DNA of 64,000 nt from Candidatus Omnitrophota bacterium (GTDB taxonomy: Bacteria; Omnitrophota; Gorgyraeia; Zapsychrales; Fredricksoniimonadaceae): NCBI GenBank assembly GCA_028870995.1, contig JAGWOI010000002.1, positions 110,463-174,462 on the forward strand, read 5' to 3'. Position 1 is the stretch's first letter; each line of letters starts with the position of its first letter. A program made the position numbers and the translations under genes. Below, in pieces: positions 39,001 to 42,000 of this stretch. The notes under the pieces were generated by a model. That model saw only the letters and a list, made by a program, of their open reading frames with translations. It made no database searches and was not told the DNA's origin.

Positions 39001-42000
39001 ATGCCCATGAAAGGGGCCTTATAGCCGCCGCTGAAGCCCATGCCGATATTAATTTTGAGGCGATTAAAGGCCGCAACGGATACCTGTCCATGACGACGGG
39101 TGAAGATAAGCAGTGGAAAGCCGGCCGCCCTGCGGTGCCGGATGTGTTGGGAATGTTGTACGACGAACAGGCGCCAACCATCGAGGCGCTTTTGAACAGC
39201 GGGTCGGCATACTTAAGGAGCATCGCCCTGGAGTTTATCGACGAGGCGGTGGTGAAGGAAGAAACTTCCTATGTTAGAGAAGACGGCCGCCGCCGCAGCC
39301 GGCTGTGGGTCTTGTTGAAACACCGCAAGGTGCTGGTTTACGACAACGCCCGCTGGAGGTGGTCCTTTATCCTTTGGGCGCCGCATCCTTTTAAAACCAT
39401 CCGTCAATTATGGCACCAGGCCACCAATAGCCTTAAGGCCTACGGACGGGGCTACCGTTTGAGTCAGGACCATTATCCGGGCCGTCTTGATCTGGCCATC
39501 AAGAGCGGTTTGAGCAAGGCCGTCGAAGGTCATTGGGAATTCGACTGCTCCGCAGTTAAGCGCAGCCGGGTCGATGGCCTCAGCCAGGTTCCCGATGTGC
39601 TGGGCCTGCCTTATGAGGCCCGCCGGCTCCCTGGGGGAAGGGACCTTTTGGCAAAGCAGCCCCTGAATGCCCTCTCGACGATGTTTATTTCGCAGGTCAA
39701 GGTTTTTACGATCATGGGTAAGCCGGGCGGCGGCAAGGGAGAATTGTCCAGGTGGATCATTAAACAGCTCAATGAATTGCTGCCCGAAGGGCGCGGGTAT
39801 GAAACCTTTGTCCTGGGGGATTATTTCAGGGGCATCAAGAGGGTCAAGATGGACCCCGCTTCAGCCAGTGCCCAAGACCTGAAAAAGTATGGGCCCTTTG
39901 TTTCGCTGGTGACTGAAGAGGACCTGGCCCGGATGAAGGAGCGCCAATTGATCAGCGACCAGACGGTCATTAACATCATCACGGCCGTCTTGGAAACAGA
40001 GCCCTATAAGAACGCCTTTGGGTTGTTCCTCGACGGGTTCCCTAGGAATTTGGAGCAGGCCAGGCTTCCTTTGGAGAAAATTACCTGGCGGGGCGCGCCC
40101 CTGGCCATTGATCTATATGTTTATCTGGACATACCTAATGAAAAGAACGCTGTTTTCTATGAACGGGCCAGCCATCGAAAGGCCCAGGCGGTCCTCAACA
40201 ACGAAAAGCCGCGTGAAGATGACGAGCCGGAAACAGTGGCCAAAGGGTTAAAGACCTTTGATGAGGAAACCCGTCCGGGTATCGAGTATGTCTTGACCCA
40301 ATTTGCAGGAAAATCATTTAAGATGCAGGGCACGACGGAAGGGATGCGTGAGGACAGCATTGCCATGGACAGGGTCAATTTCATGGCCGGCTGGGCAGAA
40401 CATTTGGAGCGCCACCACAAGCGCCCCGTTATTCTGGCCCTGCCGTTCTTGCCGGCCATACAACAGGTCATGGACCAGGGATTAAGGACGTCAGATGCCC
40501 GCAGGAATTGGGACGCCATCCGGAGGGCAACGAACCTGGAATTGCGATGGGCTTTTAAGCGGGGCTCTCCCATGCCGGAAGAGGAGTTTATCAAGGCGCA
40601 TCAGGAAGTATTTGATGTGGGCCTTCGCACATGGCGCAAACCCCGTCAGGAGGAGCTTGAGGCGATCAGGCTGATGTACAGGGAAGCTTGCCGTACCTAC
40701 GACAATCATTATTGGGCCTATTTGGGTGACATCGCGCCCGGGCCGGGCTTGGTCGGCTATTTAAGGGAAAAAGGCGGGGAAGCGCATAAGCTGGCGCTTG
40801 TCGAAGCAGGTAAAATATTTTTTAAATTTCAAGCCGAGGCTTGGAAAAACCGGCAGGGCATTTTGGCGCTGCCGCCCATCCCAACGGCGATGAGTGAGGA
40901 ATTCCGGCCGGCAGGGTTAAACTTGTTGGCCCAGCATGCGCAGCTCAAGCCGCAGGCGTTCACTCAAGACTTCATTCATTCGATTCCCTCAAAGCACTGG
41001 CAGCTCTTGGACATTTATTATGGCCTTCATCAGGCGCCTGTCGCTGAGTTAAGAACTATCCATAAAAAATTACGCTCCAAAGGAATGGCTTACGGCAATT
41101 TCCGCTGGATCGCCATGATGCGCCGGTGGGTGGTCAAGAATTTGAAGAAAGTGCGGATCGGCCGTCAACAGCTGGCCTCCTTGCTTAAAACGGATGTTAA
41201 GAAAATCACCGCTGACATGATCGAGGGTTTGCCTGAAACCCATAAGACGGTCATCCGTATTAATTTTGGTATAGGCGTGCACCGGCCTTTGCAAAAAAAT
41301 TTGCTTCAAGAGGTCAGAAAGGCCCTGAAGAACGAAAAACTGACCATTGAGCAGCTGGATACCTTGCGTCAGGAAGCCGTTGAGCGTCTTGACTGGGCTG
41401 TTAGATACGGGCTTCATCAGAAATTTTATAAAAATGCGCCTGCACGGCTGCAAAGGAAAGCTCCGGTCAATAACAGCGGCCTGGAAGTACTGGCCTACGA
41501 TTTAAATATATCCGCAGTGCCATTGACCGAAGAAGTTTTACAGCAGCGGTTGAATATGATCGCTCCCAGGGCCAGGGAAGCGGTGGTCCAATATTATTGT
41601 TTGGACGGCCGGCAGCGGACATTGATGCAGATAAGCCGTCATATGGCATCTAAACGGTTCCGGGACCTGCGCAGCAATCCGTCGGCACTGACGATTCCGA
41701 ATCTGAGCCTTTTGGTCAAAAATGCGGTGAACCACATGAGGCGTTATAAGGGAGGGTTTGACTGGCTGACCCAGGAACTTAGGCTTACTCCTGAAAGGGT
41801 GCGGTCCAATTGGATGAAACTTGCCATCCATGAGGCGGCGGCATTGATTCTGCATTACGGGATCGGCACACCGCGGTTGGCGGATGATGCAGCCATAGCC
41901 GCTTTCTTTGAAAGAAATAAAATATCCGGCCTGCAGCGCACGGTCAGCACGCATGAAATAAGGCACTTGCGCATCAAGGCCAAAGAACGGCTGACCGGTG

